Origin: Catajapyx aquilonaris
Taxonomy: Eukaryota
Direction of reading: 5' to 3'
NCBI GenBank assembly: GCA_000934665.2
Contig: KZ538224.1
Location: 1-64,000, forward strand
Length of the DNA stretch: 64,000 nt
Shown here in pieces: positions 38,405 through 53,400 of this stretch. The position numbers were made by a program, and so were the translations under genes. Numbering within the stretch: position 1 is the first letter of the stretch; the number at the start of each line of letters is the position of its first letter. The notes below the pieces were generated by a model. It saw only the letters and a program-made list of their open reading frames with translations, ran no database searches and was not told the origin of the DNA.

Positions 38405-41400
38405 CTAGGACGGCGGTTGGTACCCCAAGTTTCGGGCTTGGAGGAAAAGGTGCAGCTCGCGGAATGACGGCCGTTGACGCTCCTCGCGACGCCAACACTC
38501 AACCATCACGTCGGCTATCTCCTTAGGGCAAAGGGCAGGCACCGACAACCGCTCCTGAAAGGTCGTAGGTCAAATATTAGAGGAATATAATTAAAATCAG
38601 GAGTTAGGTTCACGTAATATCATCTACATTAAAATCGAAGGGTAAGGCCTGGTTATACGCCCTCACAATTTGAGCCTCGGTCGCACGACTAGAAAGTTTG
38701 CGACAGACCGGACCTAGGGGAGCCAATTTTTGTTGTCTGGTCGTGCGACCGAGGCTCAAATCGTGAGGGCGTGAACATGCCTTTAGTCACTTGATAGGCT
38801 ACTACATAGGGAGACTTCGACCGGACTTCAGTCTTTGTGTACTAATAAGGACTGGTAATAAGTGACTAACCCCTAAATTTAAAATTAATGCTTCCGTCAT
38901 GTCGTGCCGCTGAGTTTCGGAAGAAAGCATCGTGCGCCATCTACCGATTTCCTTTCAAACTTCTTTCCCGCTTGCACAGAACATATGACGTTTAGACAAA
39001 TTTTTAAACGCGCGCAACCGTGTGCGCACCCTAGTTCGCGCAGCTTGCATGGTTGGCACTATCAATGATAGCTGACGAGCTCTCTGTACAGTATAGTGGG
39101 TGTGCTGATGGTATACCGGTAACACTAGGTAAGATTGTGCCAGCGCATTTCTTGGACAACAGTGCGCCCTACCGCGAATTTTACTCGTAATTGCCAACCT
39201 CATTGTAGTGAAAAATGTCGAAATTCGCTAGTTTACGCCTGCTGCCACTGTTGTCCAAAAACGCAATAGCACAACCTCACCCAGTTTTACGGTATAAACG
39301 GTGCATTTATTTCCAACGCTACTTGGTGGGAAACAAATATACGTTTGCGACGCGACGTTGCCAAGGCTCTGGAACGAACCTCACGTTGTAGTCACAACAG
39401 AGGAGCTGCGCGAGTGATGGTGCGCACTGGGTTGAGCTTGTTGGAAGAAAAATATATATATATATATATATATCTATCTCTTATGAGATATACCTCGAGC
39501 CCATCTTCTCTTCTGAGATGGTCAGCGTTGATGACCACTTGCTCGTCGTCCATGTGCGGGTACGGCCTGCTTCTCGCACCGCCCATCAGCTCCCACAGGG
39601 TGACTCCGAACGACCAGACCGAACTGCGAGGCGAAAACTTGCCCTGCGAAAAAAAACCGGTAGTAATTAATCGAAACGCTTTTGATTGAGCCACCTGCTG
39701 GTCGCTTCTGATTCCTTTGGTCAATCAATTCCATCTCCACCAAAATATCTATATTAAGCGACCCCATTTCTCCTCCCATCTCAGGAGTCTCTTACTTCCT
39801 CGAGTTCGATCTTTTCCTTGGAACGTCGCCTAATTGAAAACGAACGAGTTAAAGGCAACGAGAGAAAAGGGGAGGGGGATGGGAGGGAAGGGAGGGAGGG
39901 GGGAGAGGAAAATGTGGTCCATGCCATTTTCCATACTGGCATATTTCCTCGCGGATATAACCAAATCTCTCAAAATCCCTCCGGAATCAATAGCGGAAGA
40001 AATGAAAACCTCCCGAAACCATAAATTATCTCCAGCTCGTTTTTTCCCCTGCAGTTTTTATTTCAACCTGTACCAAGAGAAAATGCAAATTGACTGAAAC
40101 CGAGTGGGGAGTTCTGCAAAAAAAATATGTCCGTGTAGCGTGCGAATGACCTCTGCAAATATTAAAGACAAATTCAGCCCTTTTTTCTCTCAAAAATAGG
40201 ATTTCGGTAACGTTCATGAGTAGAAACAAGATTGGCAAATCACGCGAGTGTGATTAGAGTAGACTTTTTCTCATTAGGCAGTGGGAAATGAGGCTGACAA
40301 ACCCGATACGATACGATTCTAATTGGACAACAATGACATAGAATGTTGTCAGTCTCATTTTCCGTTGCCAAGGAATCTGCCTGTAAATTGACCTTGGTGG
40401 ATATAGTGAACCCGGAAAACCGGAAGTGGTGGGTCACCGGAAGTTGACCACGAAACGTATTTTGGTCACACTGAATCCGAATCCGAAAACCGTTTGTCGC
40501 TATCTCTTACGGTTTAGGCCCTGGTACCTGTCCACAGACAGACAGACTGACAGACTGACAAAGCCATTCCATGAGACTTTTTTCGATCAGAAAAAAATGC
40601 TAAAATTATGGAAAATCCGTGGATTAGAGAAATTCCACATTTTTTTTTAAAAAAAAAACAACAACGCGGGAATTTGGTAAAGTGTATGAGCAGAATATTA
40701 TGAAAAAATTCTTATTATTAGAGCAACTTAGGGTCTTATTAGCCAAAAACTTATTATTAGCCAAACATTGAATTAGGTATTAAGGCAACCCTGTTGCATG
40801 TACGTATAATGATATATTTTCTTCACTTACAAGTTAGAGCCGGTAGTATAAACTGTGTAGCCTATATACGGTTCATTAATTACACCAGTAAGTGCAGCAT
40901 AATTACATAACCCCTCATTATAACCAAGTAGTACTGGAGCACTATTCGGTGAGCTCAATAGTGTCAGAAATAAACTTTGTTAATTCCGACCTCTCTCTCT
41001 CTCTGATCCTTCTTCCTTTAAGAGCCTTGATGCAATCTGAGCCAGTTGACAGCCAGATGAAAGTTGGTCGTTAGTGCCGAGTTTCTATCCAATATTAATT
41101 AGCCCCTCCTATTTAATTCAAACCGAATGACACAAACTATACACATGTCCAACTCCCGGATTTATGTGCCGCACGGGCAGCCCCACCAGGAAGATTTATT
41201 TGGGACCATTTCTAGCTTTGCTTCAAACCGTTCGTGTATATATACGTCCGGATTTTGGGAGGGGGTGGGAAAAGGGGAGGGGAGGGGGGGCACTAATAAT
41301 ATTAATTGCGCCGGATATGTCGGTGGAGACAGGGAAATTAGAATCTCAAGATGAAATGTGCAAGTTGCAAAATGGTATAGGGGCCTCCTCTCTGCATTTT

Positions 41401-44400
41401 TTTTTTTTGCAGGTTGATTGATCTGTTAAAGCTGAGCCCTTCATTTGGCCTGTGAAAAAAAAAATCTTTCACTTGTGGAAAAAGTGTACGGGAAATATGA
41501 AATATGGAGTTGGCTCTCTCTCGTGTTTCACCAGCAATGGTCACAGAACCGGAATGGATTCCACATTTTGTCCGCACAGATGGCACGAACCGCATTAACA
41601 GCATCGAACTAAATTTACACATCATATACCGGGATAATTGCAATGTGCACTTTTAAAAAAACCCGGCGATAATTTCATTGACATTAAGTATTCAGTTTGG
41701 ACACGAGTCATTTAGAGCTGGACACTTTTTTTTTTTGGCGATCATGCGATTTTTTTTGCAGCCAGTTTTTATACTTTTTCTCCTGATAAAAGGCTTATAG
41801 ATTGGCTCTGTCCGGCTGTTTGTCCGTCCGTCTGTGGACAGGTATCAAGGCCTAAACTCAAACAGTTTTCGGATTCGGATTCAGCAGACCCTAAAATAGA
41901 TTTAATGGCCAACTTATATAAATTTTTTGCAGCCAGTTTTCTATATAGTCATTACAAGCACTTACCAGTAAGATGCATTCCCATGGCCACCACCTGAGAG
42001 CGGCCGGTTCTCCGCTGGGAAGGATGCTGTAAGCTTCTCTGTGAAGACCTGTGGCCATGGCCACATCGGCCACTTTGACAGTCAGGCCTCGTCCCACCAG
42101 GCAATTCCTAAAAGACAAAGAAAGAAAAAAAGTTTAGGTCCGATAGCCTGGGGAGACACTTATGCCTATGGGAATCCCGGATAAAATTTTATTAGATTTG
42201 GTTTCGGCTCACCGGATAACAAAAAAAAAAGAGTGGTTCTCTTCCGGGTTCCAGCTGCAGGGAACAAGCCTAAAGAGGACCAGTCCGACAATCAATTTGG
42301 GTTTGGGGAATGTGATGAATGGCCGCTCGCCAGCAACAGTTTTAGTCCGGAGGGGTCATTTTTTAAGCTTTGTCGTGTAATCGCGGGGATATTATTCAGA
42401 GTGCTTTTGTTAAATGTTTGCAGCGGCTGGATCCGCTTTTGCGATAACGGGGTCGGAGCTTAAAATTTGCCCTACTTCTACAATGGTTATAATTACTGTA
42501 ATACGCTTGAGGCTACTAACAAGTACGATTTCCGCGAATTGTGCGCCGATAAGCGGGTCGAAAATTAACGTTTCGAAAATTTTTGGGGTGTGTCCTGTGC
42601 TGCGTGAGTGTGAATTTTAGCCAACACTGACATTTTGAAGAGTGAACAAAAAGTTTAATAAACGCTCAATCAGTGATCAAATTGCAGCGACGATTTTGCA
42701 AGGATTGGAGTTCGGAATTGCATTGAACATTAGTGCAAAAGAGTGTTAAAATCGAGTGGTCCGTTCGCAATTTTTGTTTCATTAACCAGTGAATTTATCA
42801 GGCTGGATTTACAATTTATATCGTTGCATTGTTGCCTATTATTGTGCGTGATGTTTCTTAGTTGATTCTGAAGAGAACACTTCAAGTAGTGTAACACACT
42901 GATAATGAGATAATGGCCTATATTACTGATTAACCAATCGTTTGAACAGGCATGATAGATCTTCAACGTGTAAAGATTAAGAAAGATAAACATCACAGCA
43001 AGTTGAAAGGATCGACAGGCAACACTGCTTGTCTGTGTGGAAATTTTGAGTCTGGTAGTGGCATATATCAAGGAATAAAGCTCGAAAGTTAACTAACTGC
43101 CAGGGATAAAAGAAAAAAGCACCCCTAGCTGGTTTCTGTTACCAACTTTTTTTAAAAAACAGAAGTTCAGCAATGTGTTTATCGGAGACCTGAAGCAAAT
43201 CAATACAGAGAAGGGAGGATTTTCAAGAAACTTATCAGGATTTTCATTACAATGTAAGTGAATTCATGTTGACCACGGAAGCCATTAGACAATGGAATGT
43301 ACAGGATATGTGACCTTACACATATTCATTTTGCATGGCGTACAGACACAATTGGTAGGATTTTCTGAACAGCTCTGTGTACATACGCGATGGCACAGTT
43401 TAACTTCCTTATTTTGGCCCCAGTTTTAGCAAACAACTCTGTCTCTCTCTGATGGTGCGTCATCAAAGGAAAGGAAAACATCACTTCATGTCTTGGAGCC
43501 GAGCACGTAATATTCATGGGATCGCTGGGCCCAAGCCTTTCAATTAGGGAAAAGCACAGTAGTTCAGCTTTACATAAACTCTCAGGTTTCCAGTTATTCC
43601 CCCCCCANCCCCCCCCGCCCCCCTCAACCGCAATAAAAGTTCATCCAATACTTGCCAGAAATTGACAAAAATGTCTTTATGCTTCTCAATTTCTTTTGTT
43701 GTTGTTGTTACTCTCTCGTCCACAAAAAACTATTATTGCTCTTTTTTTCCCTCCCCAATCTTCCAACCGCTATTTTCCCCCCCCCTCCCACACTTTTCTG
43801 GAAGGCAGCAGTGACGCCTTCGATCGCATTAGCATAATAAGGCCAAGGGGTGCATAAAACATGGAGGTTCCCTGCTTGTAGCAATAAGCGGTCTTTCATG
43901 TCGGGCCTTTTAACGTAATAGGGGGGACTCGATGTATTTTTCAGGAAGGAAACGGAAGCAGATCGACCCCCCTCCTACTCTCTTTCAATTTTCGGAATAA
44001 GTTTTTTTTTCTTCTTCTGGAGAGAAGAGGGGGCTGTGAGGTTGTGTTTAGTAGTCCACTTGGATCGCCCTCTTCGTTAACTTGACAGCCGTTTCTGCAC
44101 ATAAGCTACTCCTTCGGTCCCAAATGCTTATCCATAACCATTAATCACTATTCACGTTCTGCGAATTCAAGTCATGCACGTGACACAACCGGAATATGCA
44201 GAATGTACAGGGTGATGGAACGTCCAAGTTCATTATAGGTGGAAAGGAAGTTATTCACACCAATTGCCACTGAGAGAATTTTTAAAACATATTTACTCGC
44301 CGCACAGAGCATTGTCTAACCAATTTTCGTTGAAATAGAGAACTTCCACTATATTTTAAATATAAGCGCAACCGAGTGCGCACCCCAGTTCGCGCAGCTT

Positions 44401-47400
44401 GTACTGTTAGCTTAGGCCCTGCCAGCTACCGCCATCAGTGGCGTATACCGGAACTACCAGAACGACCTCTCCCCCACATACACCAAAATCGTAAATTTTT
44501 GGTAGGTTGGAAAGTTTGCTATCAGTTTTCTAAGTTTCAGCTCTCACAGAGGCGTGGAATGGTGAGACATACAAACGGAGAAACTTCATGCTTTATGATG
44601 TATAGAGATATATGGTAAGCTCTCTGTATGGGGGTTGTAGTGCGCTGAAATTATTTCCAACACTACGCAGGGAGGGGGGGGGGGATGGCCGATGTGTGCG
44701 ACGTTGCCAATCCTCTGGAATGAACCAGCTATGGAAGTGAATATTGAACCCCTGGAGTGTAACTCTGGCAACTTTGTTGTCAAAACAGTGGAACTGCGCG
44801 AGTGTGGGTGCGCACTCGGTTGAGCTAGTAAAAAACCATACATAAGTTCCACCGTAATTAAAAATGTTGCTGGCGAGAACAAATCAGCAAGTTCTCCCCT
44901 TTGGACTTGATGGCTTGGGCAGCGTGCCACCCTGTATAATAACCTTGCCCCCCCTTTCTAATGGTCATAGATCTGTCGATTGTGTGGCAATGAGAAATGC
45001 GATGCCGAAATTGGGTGAGGGTGTAGGGAAGTTGAGAGATATGAGTGGATTGGAGGCAGTTCCCTCTTGGCGTGCTTGGCTTGCATGAGAACCCCTTGGC
45101 AGAAGGCCCTGGGACTGAGTGGGTTTGGGTTCGGGTAGGGTTCTTCTCACGCAACTGATTCTGTCTCCCCCCATGCCTTTTGCTGTACTACACCTTTCCA
45201 GTAAAATTTATGCCTTCTGGAAATGGGGGGAAAAAGCACTCTTATGATATTTACTTAGCTGACGTTGAGGAATGGGGGAAGGCAAAAATCAACGGGGGGA
45301 GAGGAGGAGGGGAAAAGGGGTGTTTAATTAGGTGCAGGACGAAGGCAAATGTGCTGAGCACATTTTGCGGGCAACGCTACTTTTCTCTCGGAAAACTACT
45401 GATGAGTATCGCCCTGCACTAATGCCTTGGAGCTTGAATTATGCGGCCAATTTTGCGAGGCACACAAAATTTCGTGAATATTTCAGTGTTGTCTGAGGCG
45501 CATACCGGAACTGTGTATTGGAAAGGTGTTTGTAATAATCATGTCGTGTACACACAGAGCAAGTAAAGGCTGCCAATGGACTTACAAGTTAAGTTACCTA
45601 TAAAACTGTCCAATAAAAAAGTCACGAGAACAGTTTTGCCTCGCTTCAAACTGGTTGCTTATAGGTTAACAATTCATGACGTTTTCTCCTGCACGTAACC
45701 GATATGAGCTGACTTTTGTCCCACCAGGTACATTTTCTTTGAGGCTTAAATTTTACCTGTCGACTCATGAAATTAATAATAATCTTGCCATCTGGTTAGT
45801 CTGTAGTTACTCGCATGGAAACTGCAGCCAGTGGTGTATGCTTCAGCACTGATTTTAAATCGGATTACAAAATAATGCAGCAAGTCTCGTTTGCAAGTAT
45901 ATGCAATGCACTGTATATAATCCACCTGCTTATCAAAATTTCCACTTTAATTATTATTTGTGTAAAGTGTCACTAAGATCATGCGGTGGAGTTCAGTGCA
46001 TTGCATACTTGCAGACGAGACGTGCCTCAAAGGCTGGAAAAATATTGGAAAATACAGTACTGCTGCACAAATTTCCCCAGGTGTAATATCAAAAGGCAAT
46101 TATTATCTACCGTGGATCACATGGTTCAATGAATTTTTGATTGAAAAAGGTGGGTGTTGTGCTGTACAGTGCCTGTACATTGCTGTGAGTTTAATCTAGC
46201 ATGTATTACAGTTTACTTAAAAGCTTACTAATTAAGAGGCAAGGCAGGTAACTAAGCTGCTTGCAGTGTCCAAATCAAGTGATCCTATTGGCTCTATGCG
46301 TCTGCCTGCCGGCTAATTAGGATGTCGAGGATAATGGTCAACATGGATGCTTTTAAATTTAAGCATGATTGAAGATTTTATGCTAGCCTTTAAAAGCAAC
46401 ACTTAAACATACTCCTCAAAAGGAATTACTTAAATACACTTTGCTAATATTGTGCCATCTAACACGGAATTTCAATTGCATTGCGTAGTAGTTGTTAACC
46501 TGTTGCTTACATGGAAGTGCGCGAAATTTATTGACGTCCAGACGTACTTGTATATGGTTCGTGACCAAACGTAGAGCTTAAAATATTTATGCAGGATGTG
46601 TGATAATGATTAAAACGTCCAGGGTATAAATTTCTGGAGCAATCAATTCATATTGAACTGTCGTTTGGTCTGGCATTTGCGGATACAGCCTGTGACATTT
46701 CCCTTGGCTTGCTACATTTTTCAATTCAAATAGCATTGTTAGACCTACGTCTAAAGTAAAAAAATTTAAACGCACAAGAAGGAATGCATTGCCATGATAA
46801 TTTTTTTACTCTTTGCTTGAAGCTTATAAATGTAAGGGCCACCAAGTGACATCCAGGGTTTCCTGCCAAAATATGGCCAAAATCTTGGTTCATTTTCGAA
46901 CCATTTACACGCCCCATATCTCAAAAACACATCCATTACGCTATTGAGGAACAATCGTCCAGAAGAACCGGATATAAGACATTCAAAGGGGCAGTTTTCT
47001 CCCCCTCCCCAAATAAACCGCAGTCCAGAAAAACGAATCCTGGGAAGCAGTTAGACTGAAAAGAAGGTAACATTTTTGGATCTGGGCCCATTTGCATTCA
47101 TGTGGAAGGCTAGAGAAGGGGACAGGGGGAATGACCATATACGTCCACAGGTGGAGGGGTGGTGGGTCTCTCTATCCCCAACGAACCCCCACCACTTTCT
47201 ACCCCCCGGATATATACGATCAGGGGTCGAGGTAGAGGCCCCCACCGCCACTAAGTCACTCCGGGCATTATGGAGGCACTAAGTTATTGAAAATGGAGCC
47301 GGGAGGATTTAATGGGCTGTTTCCTCCCGGCGATTAATCTCGTCTCTCCGGGTCCGGACCGACGGCCAGACCTACCCCCCCGGATATATATGTATGTAGT

Positions 47401-50400
47401 ACCTACTATAGAAGCGCCCAGCTCTTGAGGTTTGACCTAAGCTGCCATTCCTATCAACCGGACATTTCTGCCTGACTCAGGACTGGCCACAAATCGGCTG
47501 ATAAAAACAAGGGGTATATGAGGAACCCGGATTTGGATTACCCTTCCTGGTACTGTCCGCACCTGTGGTCTATCGGACACGAACTGTGGTTTGATGGGAG
47601 AGAATAAACTGGGCCGAATCGTATCGTATATACAGAAACTGACTTTACATTTGAACCAACTTGACCCACAGTATCAATATTAATCACACCAAAATCCCAA
47701 TCCAAACCTTTAAAATTTAATCGAAGTTGGACAGTGCCACAAACAAAAGGGTTCGCATGCCATAGTTCGTGTCTAGATTTTGCATATCATATGCAGTCGG
47801 TGACCTTTCACCCTTTTGGGGGTCCTGAGTTCAATCTAGCTGGGTTTTTATGTGTAGTTTGGGATGTATGATTTACTCCCTGCTGTGCTCTTGCGTGTTT
47901 TCCCCCGTTGGATTAACTATCATCCCTCCTGCGACGAAGTCCTGTCATGGGTTCTATGGGATCTAACTTTTATAGCAGCGGGGCCTGTTAGGAGTTATTG
48001 TTATTCATGCACCGCATGACGTGTCGCAAAAAAATCGGGTTGCTGTGGCAATAATCAAATTAGAAAGACGCTAATGGAAATTCCATACTGACACAATAAT
48101 AGACACGTTTTGTGAACAGCAGTTGAATTCTTTGCTTCATATGGATTCTACGTCAAATGTTCAAGCGTGTGTACTGTAAGCTTACAGAATATTAATTACA
48201 AGACTCTCTGAGCCAATATTTGTCGTCTTATAGTATGACGCTCCTGAAATTAAACACGCTCTGGCACTCATGTGCTTATTTCTTGGTGTTAGCCTATACC
48301 GTAGAAGATATTTCATATTTCATGAGAGATGAACATAGTATAGCTTACGCGAATAATTTACCCTATAAAAATATTTGCACGAAAATGATTTCCAGCATCA
48401 CTTATCATCAACCGTCACCATTTTAAAGACTGAAGGTCATTTTTAGTGGAATGTGTGCTGTGTCATGCTTCAGCTCACTTTACGAGAAGCACGGCTTTTG
48501 CATTTACTAAAAAGTTTTCGGTGTGTGCAGTGTTCGAGCCTGCCATATAATAAACAGACAGATAAGGACAGGCCGGCTAAGAGTCCAGGTTGACATTTAT
48601 GAGCGGATCGTGCGAGATGGTCGTCCAACATGACGTCGGGTGTTGAATAACTCACACGTCAGCTTGACTGAAACCGCGTCAGGGCATCGCGAAACGCTGG
48701 CTTCTCTAATTGTTTTATATGACCAGCTTTTTCCATTCGAGTCTGGAGAGAGAGTGAGAGGAGGGTGGGGGAGAGGGGGGGAGAGAGAGGAACGGAGGGA
48801 AAAAAACTGGGTGATTAATCACTCAAGTGCGGTGGCTTGCAGTTATGATTAACTGTCTGGTTGCACGTTGGTGATATTGCATTGCAATCACGCGGCCCGG
48901 GGAGCACTCTCGATAAGAACCTTACCATAAAATAAATAACTGCGAGGCTCATTAGGTTAAGTGATGACTACACGAGCCACTATTCTAACAAGGAAGTGGA
49001 CCTGGCATGTTTTTGGGCCGTATCGTAAATAATAATAATCATGGGTCAAAATGTCAGCTGTGCACATGCTGCGGTCACATAGAATTTTTTTGGCCATTTA
49101 GACTGTGCCAACAATGCTTCAACTCTCCGCCAAATCCAACCAGAATTTCGCATGGCTTAGATAAGTCAGACTCACATTGCCAAGAGAACCGCCTAGTTCT
49201 GCAGCTGCAAGCTTCAAAAATAACCAAAACTGCACATTTTCAAACTGAAACAAAAATGCACAACAGCTGTTGAGTCATGCTGTTAAACTCCCACGTACTA
49301 GTCCAAGTTCCGAAACAGACTGAGCATAGCTTGATTTAACGCCAGATATTTTTTGAAACAGAAATCAGGGCTAATTTCTATACGAGTAGTCTCTGTTCAA
49401 ATTTACCTCTACTATAGTACAGTACAATCTAATTAGCACAGTAACGAGTCAAAGGTGAGTCAGAACTATAGGTCTAACTCTCGGTACAGTACTCGTTGGC
49501 CCAAAAGAAGTCTATGTAGAGATGAGAAATGTCGAATAACCAACCGTTAACGACGCAGACGGTTAAGGTTCATTGTCGTCTACCTCGGTTAGTTATTAAA
49601 AATTTCTCACCCCTACATTTTAGTCTTGTGTTGGTCCAAGGAGTATCCTCCTATGAGATTGACATGTAGTAGTTCTGACTCACAAAAGTGACCAGACTGA
49701 CCTTGCTCCGAGGTCCTTGTGGGCAACGTCGAGTGACTCGAGGAACCGCATCCCCGAAGCAATCTGGGTTGCCAGGTACAGTAGGCATCCGTAGCTGAAA
49801 CGAGGCGTCGAAAGGTTGTTTGGTTGGATCCTCTGGATCAGGCTGTACATTGCCGAAACAACACGGGCGTGAAGAGCAGATTGACACCGCATCGCGTATG
49901 ACAGGCTAATCGGCCGCTCAAAGCCTTCCCTCCCCTGCCGTATCTGATTGGACATCACCGTAGCGGCTCGTAAATAAATCGGTGACAATCCAGGCTCCCT
50001 TCGTGCCGCGGTGTTACCAGAGGCGGATTAGCACATTACACCCCACAGCTGATGGAACCTTGCAGTTGACATGTCCAATACTCTACCAACCAGAATTGAT
50101 CGCATTTCTGCCAGGTTTCTCCAACCCGTTTTAACTGACGGTTAAGAATTATTAACTGCAGACTTTTTTCCGATGAGGAATAGTCTAAAACAGGGCTTCC
50201 CAAACTTTTTTCGCCGCGTACCCCTTTTAAAATTTGTAAAGACAGTTTGTACCCCCGTTTTCATCCTACCATATAATTTATAATACGTAGTAATTGTGAG
50301 CACTAATTACCAGTTAGTGTGATGGGTCTGGTTGCTTGCTTGCGCACAAGTGGTCAATGTTTGGTACTCTACAAGTGACGTTTGAGTCTCAAGCAGTCGT

Positions 50401-53400
50401 TTTCCAAAGTCAGTCGATAGATTTGCTTTTCCCATAATTTCTTTCAATTTTTTCCCCACAAATGCAGACAACGGACGCCATTGCACGAAATCTTTCGCGT
50501 ACCCCCAAAATTGTGTTCGCGTACCCCCAGGGGTACGCGTACCCCAGTTTGAAAACCGCTGGTCTAAAACGTTGATAGCGATAGAAACTACATGTTGTTA
50601 CATGGTCAGACGATATAAAGTTAGTCCTTTTATGGGTCTTAACCACAAGATTCCATCAGCATGGCCACTAAGTCTATAGAGCCCATAAAAGTCCGCATTG
50701 TCTGACTGAAACGGCGGCCATGACACTTTCGGGCAGGACTTCAGTGTTGCCAACAGCGTAGCCAACCGAAATGCGTGTGTGCCGCTTGTGGACTGACCTG
50801 AGTCCTGATGGACTGTCGTGGTTCCCCGAGGGCGAAGGAGGCGGATGGTGCCTGAGAAATGCTACCAGGTCACCGTAGTCCGGGTACTCGAACAGGAGCA
50901 GCGGAAGGGAGCTGACCCCGTCCTGCTCCCCGTGCTGGGTGGTACCGCACACCCCGAGCAGGAGTGCCAGGTGGGGGTCGGACAGGGTGGCCATTATCCG
51001 GGCCTCTCTCAGGGCTGCTCGTCTCCCACCTTGAGGTGACCCCGCGCACCTCTGCTTCAAGGGTCGGCCTAGGACAAGTCGAGCAGATCCGTCCGTCGAG
51101 CCCCAGTCCACCTCGAATATCTGGGTCTGAAAAGCGTGTCATATCCACATTGTTAATTAAAAATTAAACTACTTAGACATCATTGGCTAAGGTTTTGACT
51201 GTCCGCTGTGAGTAATCATTATAGATGAATTTTTTTAAATAAGCGCAACCGAGTGCGCAACACAGTTCGCGCAACTTGCAAGGTTGGAATTTCAATTATG
51301 AAAAGCTCATTGAATAGTGGGTGTGCTGATGAACAAGTGCTGCACTTGTTTCCAACGCTACGCTTGAGGCGGAAAACAATGTGGGCGTATTCCAGAGCCT
51401 TGGAATGCATCGCAAAAGTAGATAATATTGTTTACCCTCGCAAGATTAGTGTTGGAAACAATTTTGCGCGAACTGTGTTGCCCACTCGGTTGAGCTCATA
51501 AGAAAGTCATCTATACCTCTATGAATTTGGGCCCCTGAGAGGAGTAACTCAACAATGGACTTTCTCGAGTGTGGGTGCGCACTCGGTTGCGCTCGTATAA
51601 AACCACGTGTATAGTGTGCAGAGAGGGAGAATGTGCCATCTATATGAGAGACATGGCACTGTGTTCACAATATTTACTCTAAATAACCTACAGGGCCTTC
51701 TCATTTCATAAACCACTGTACAGTTAAGGTCTCGCTTGAACGACATAATTTCCGCGCGAGGCAAAACCACATTATGCTGTCAAAAATGTTGAAACTGCGT
51801 TGTATTAAATGTGGTGTGCTACTGGTTATGACTAAATTTTTCGAGGCACTTAGGTAATTGCGGTTGAAAAATTCCGGTGGGAGTGAGAGAGAGGGCCAAA
51901 AACTCATTACTGTTTATATAGGGGTGGCCTCTTGCCGCGCGTTATATACAATGTACAGTCCTGTATGCTGTGCAATGCTTTTGCTGTGTTGCTCGAGCTC
52001 GCAGCAATGTTATAGTTGAAACGGTGTAATAGTTAGAGTGCCGAGAATAGAGGGGGGGGAGGGGGAGGCAAAGTGAAATTTCACGCCAGCGTTTTGGGCT
52101 TACAAAAGAGCGTTGTACAGTGCACCTACTGGGCCCTGTGTAGGTGCGAATAGGACATTTAATTAGGGGAGAAATGTGAGAAACTCGCGATGAACTATGC
52201 ATTGGGTCTGTTTTTTTTTGCCAACACCATATAGTCGGAGCAGCAAACTGCCCGTCAAAATTTAATTATAAATGGACTCCCGGTAAAAATCGACGTGCTT
52301 TTTGCTCCGAACGTCATCATTACAATCCACTTGTACAATTCCATGGGAGCAGGTTGAATATGATTGTTTTCATGAGGGAGAGCTCGTAATATAGATTCAT
52401 AAAAGATCCGCAGATTGATGTGTAGCTGTTATATTGTAACAAATTGAGATTTACACGTGCACTGTGAGAAGCCTATACTGGAAGAAAAAAAGTTACATGA
52501 CATCAATCTCTTCATAATGTAACAAATTAGCCGAGCTTTTTTTAAGTCTGAGTTTTTAGCTAATGCATTACAATAAAATTGGTGTTGCAATTAATGTTTG
52601 CAGTATTTATGTTTTTATATTACTGTGCTGTACCCTAAAAAGGGGCGATGCTCTTGTTATTATTACTGTATAAAAATATCGCACATCTTTGAACAGGCAA
52701 ATTGATTTTCTTTGGATTATGGAGTTTGGAATGTTGTTGTGTCCGTGTACAAAAGTTGCCAAAACTTTCAAAATCTGACTTGGCCCTTAGCGGACCTTGT
52801 TAAGAAACACATCTGCCTGTCAAATTCATATTTCAATACGAATCGTAGAGGCATCCTGCAGATCAAAATAATGACATGTTATCATCCTTTTATGAAATAT
52901 TACGCGTCACTGCAGGCACAGAAAATTGTGAAAATCAAGTTATGCTGCTCATTATCTTGCAAGCTACTTTGCTAAGGCAGGATGCGTAAAAGTTACGCTC
53001 ATTTTAAAATGGCCCAATTAGAGTTGATGCAACCAACCAAGGGGATTAAGAAAAAAAAAATCTCAGATTATCTCCACACGACTGGAGCTTTCCTAATTAA
53101 CATCAGTTGATGCAACCAGGAAGTCTGATTTTATCACTGTCTCCTTAAACTAGAACCGCGAACTAACTCGTCTCTTCTGGCCTAGTTCTCTCCTCGACAG
53201 GTGTGTCGTTTCGTTGCGGAAGACAACTGCATGCAGCATGCAGGTCGGATTCGCGTCTGGGGAGTGAGGCCGCAGTGGCAATGAGCGAAAACCGTGTCTT
53301 GCGAGCGATTTATTCTCCTCCCCTATCCAGTTGTAAATGCAAGGAATGGCCCTTTGCAAGAACAGCCAAGCGTGGTATAGTCGAGCAAACCTTCCTGCAG

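Noticed and set aside
47050..47620. GC-rich patch with a repeated cccccggatatata, possibly a retroelement relic
   Set aside because: No recognisable protein motif or termini; not supportable.
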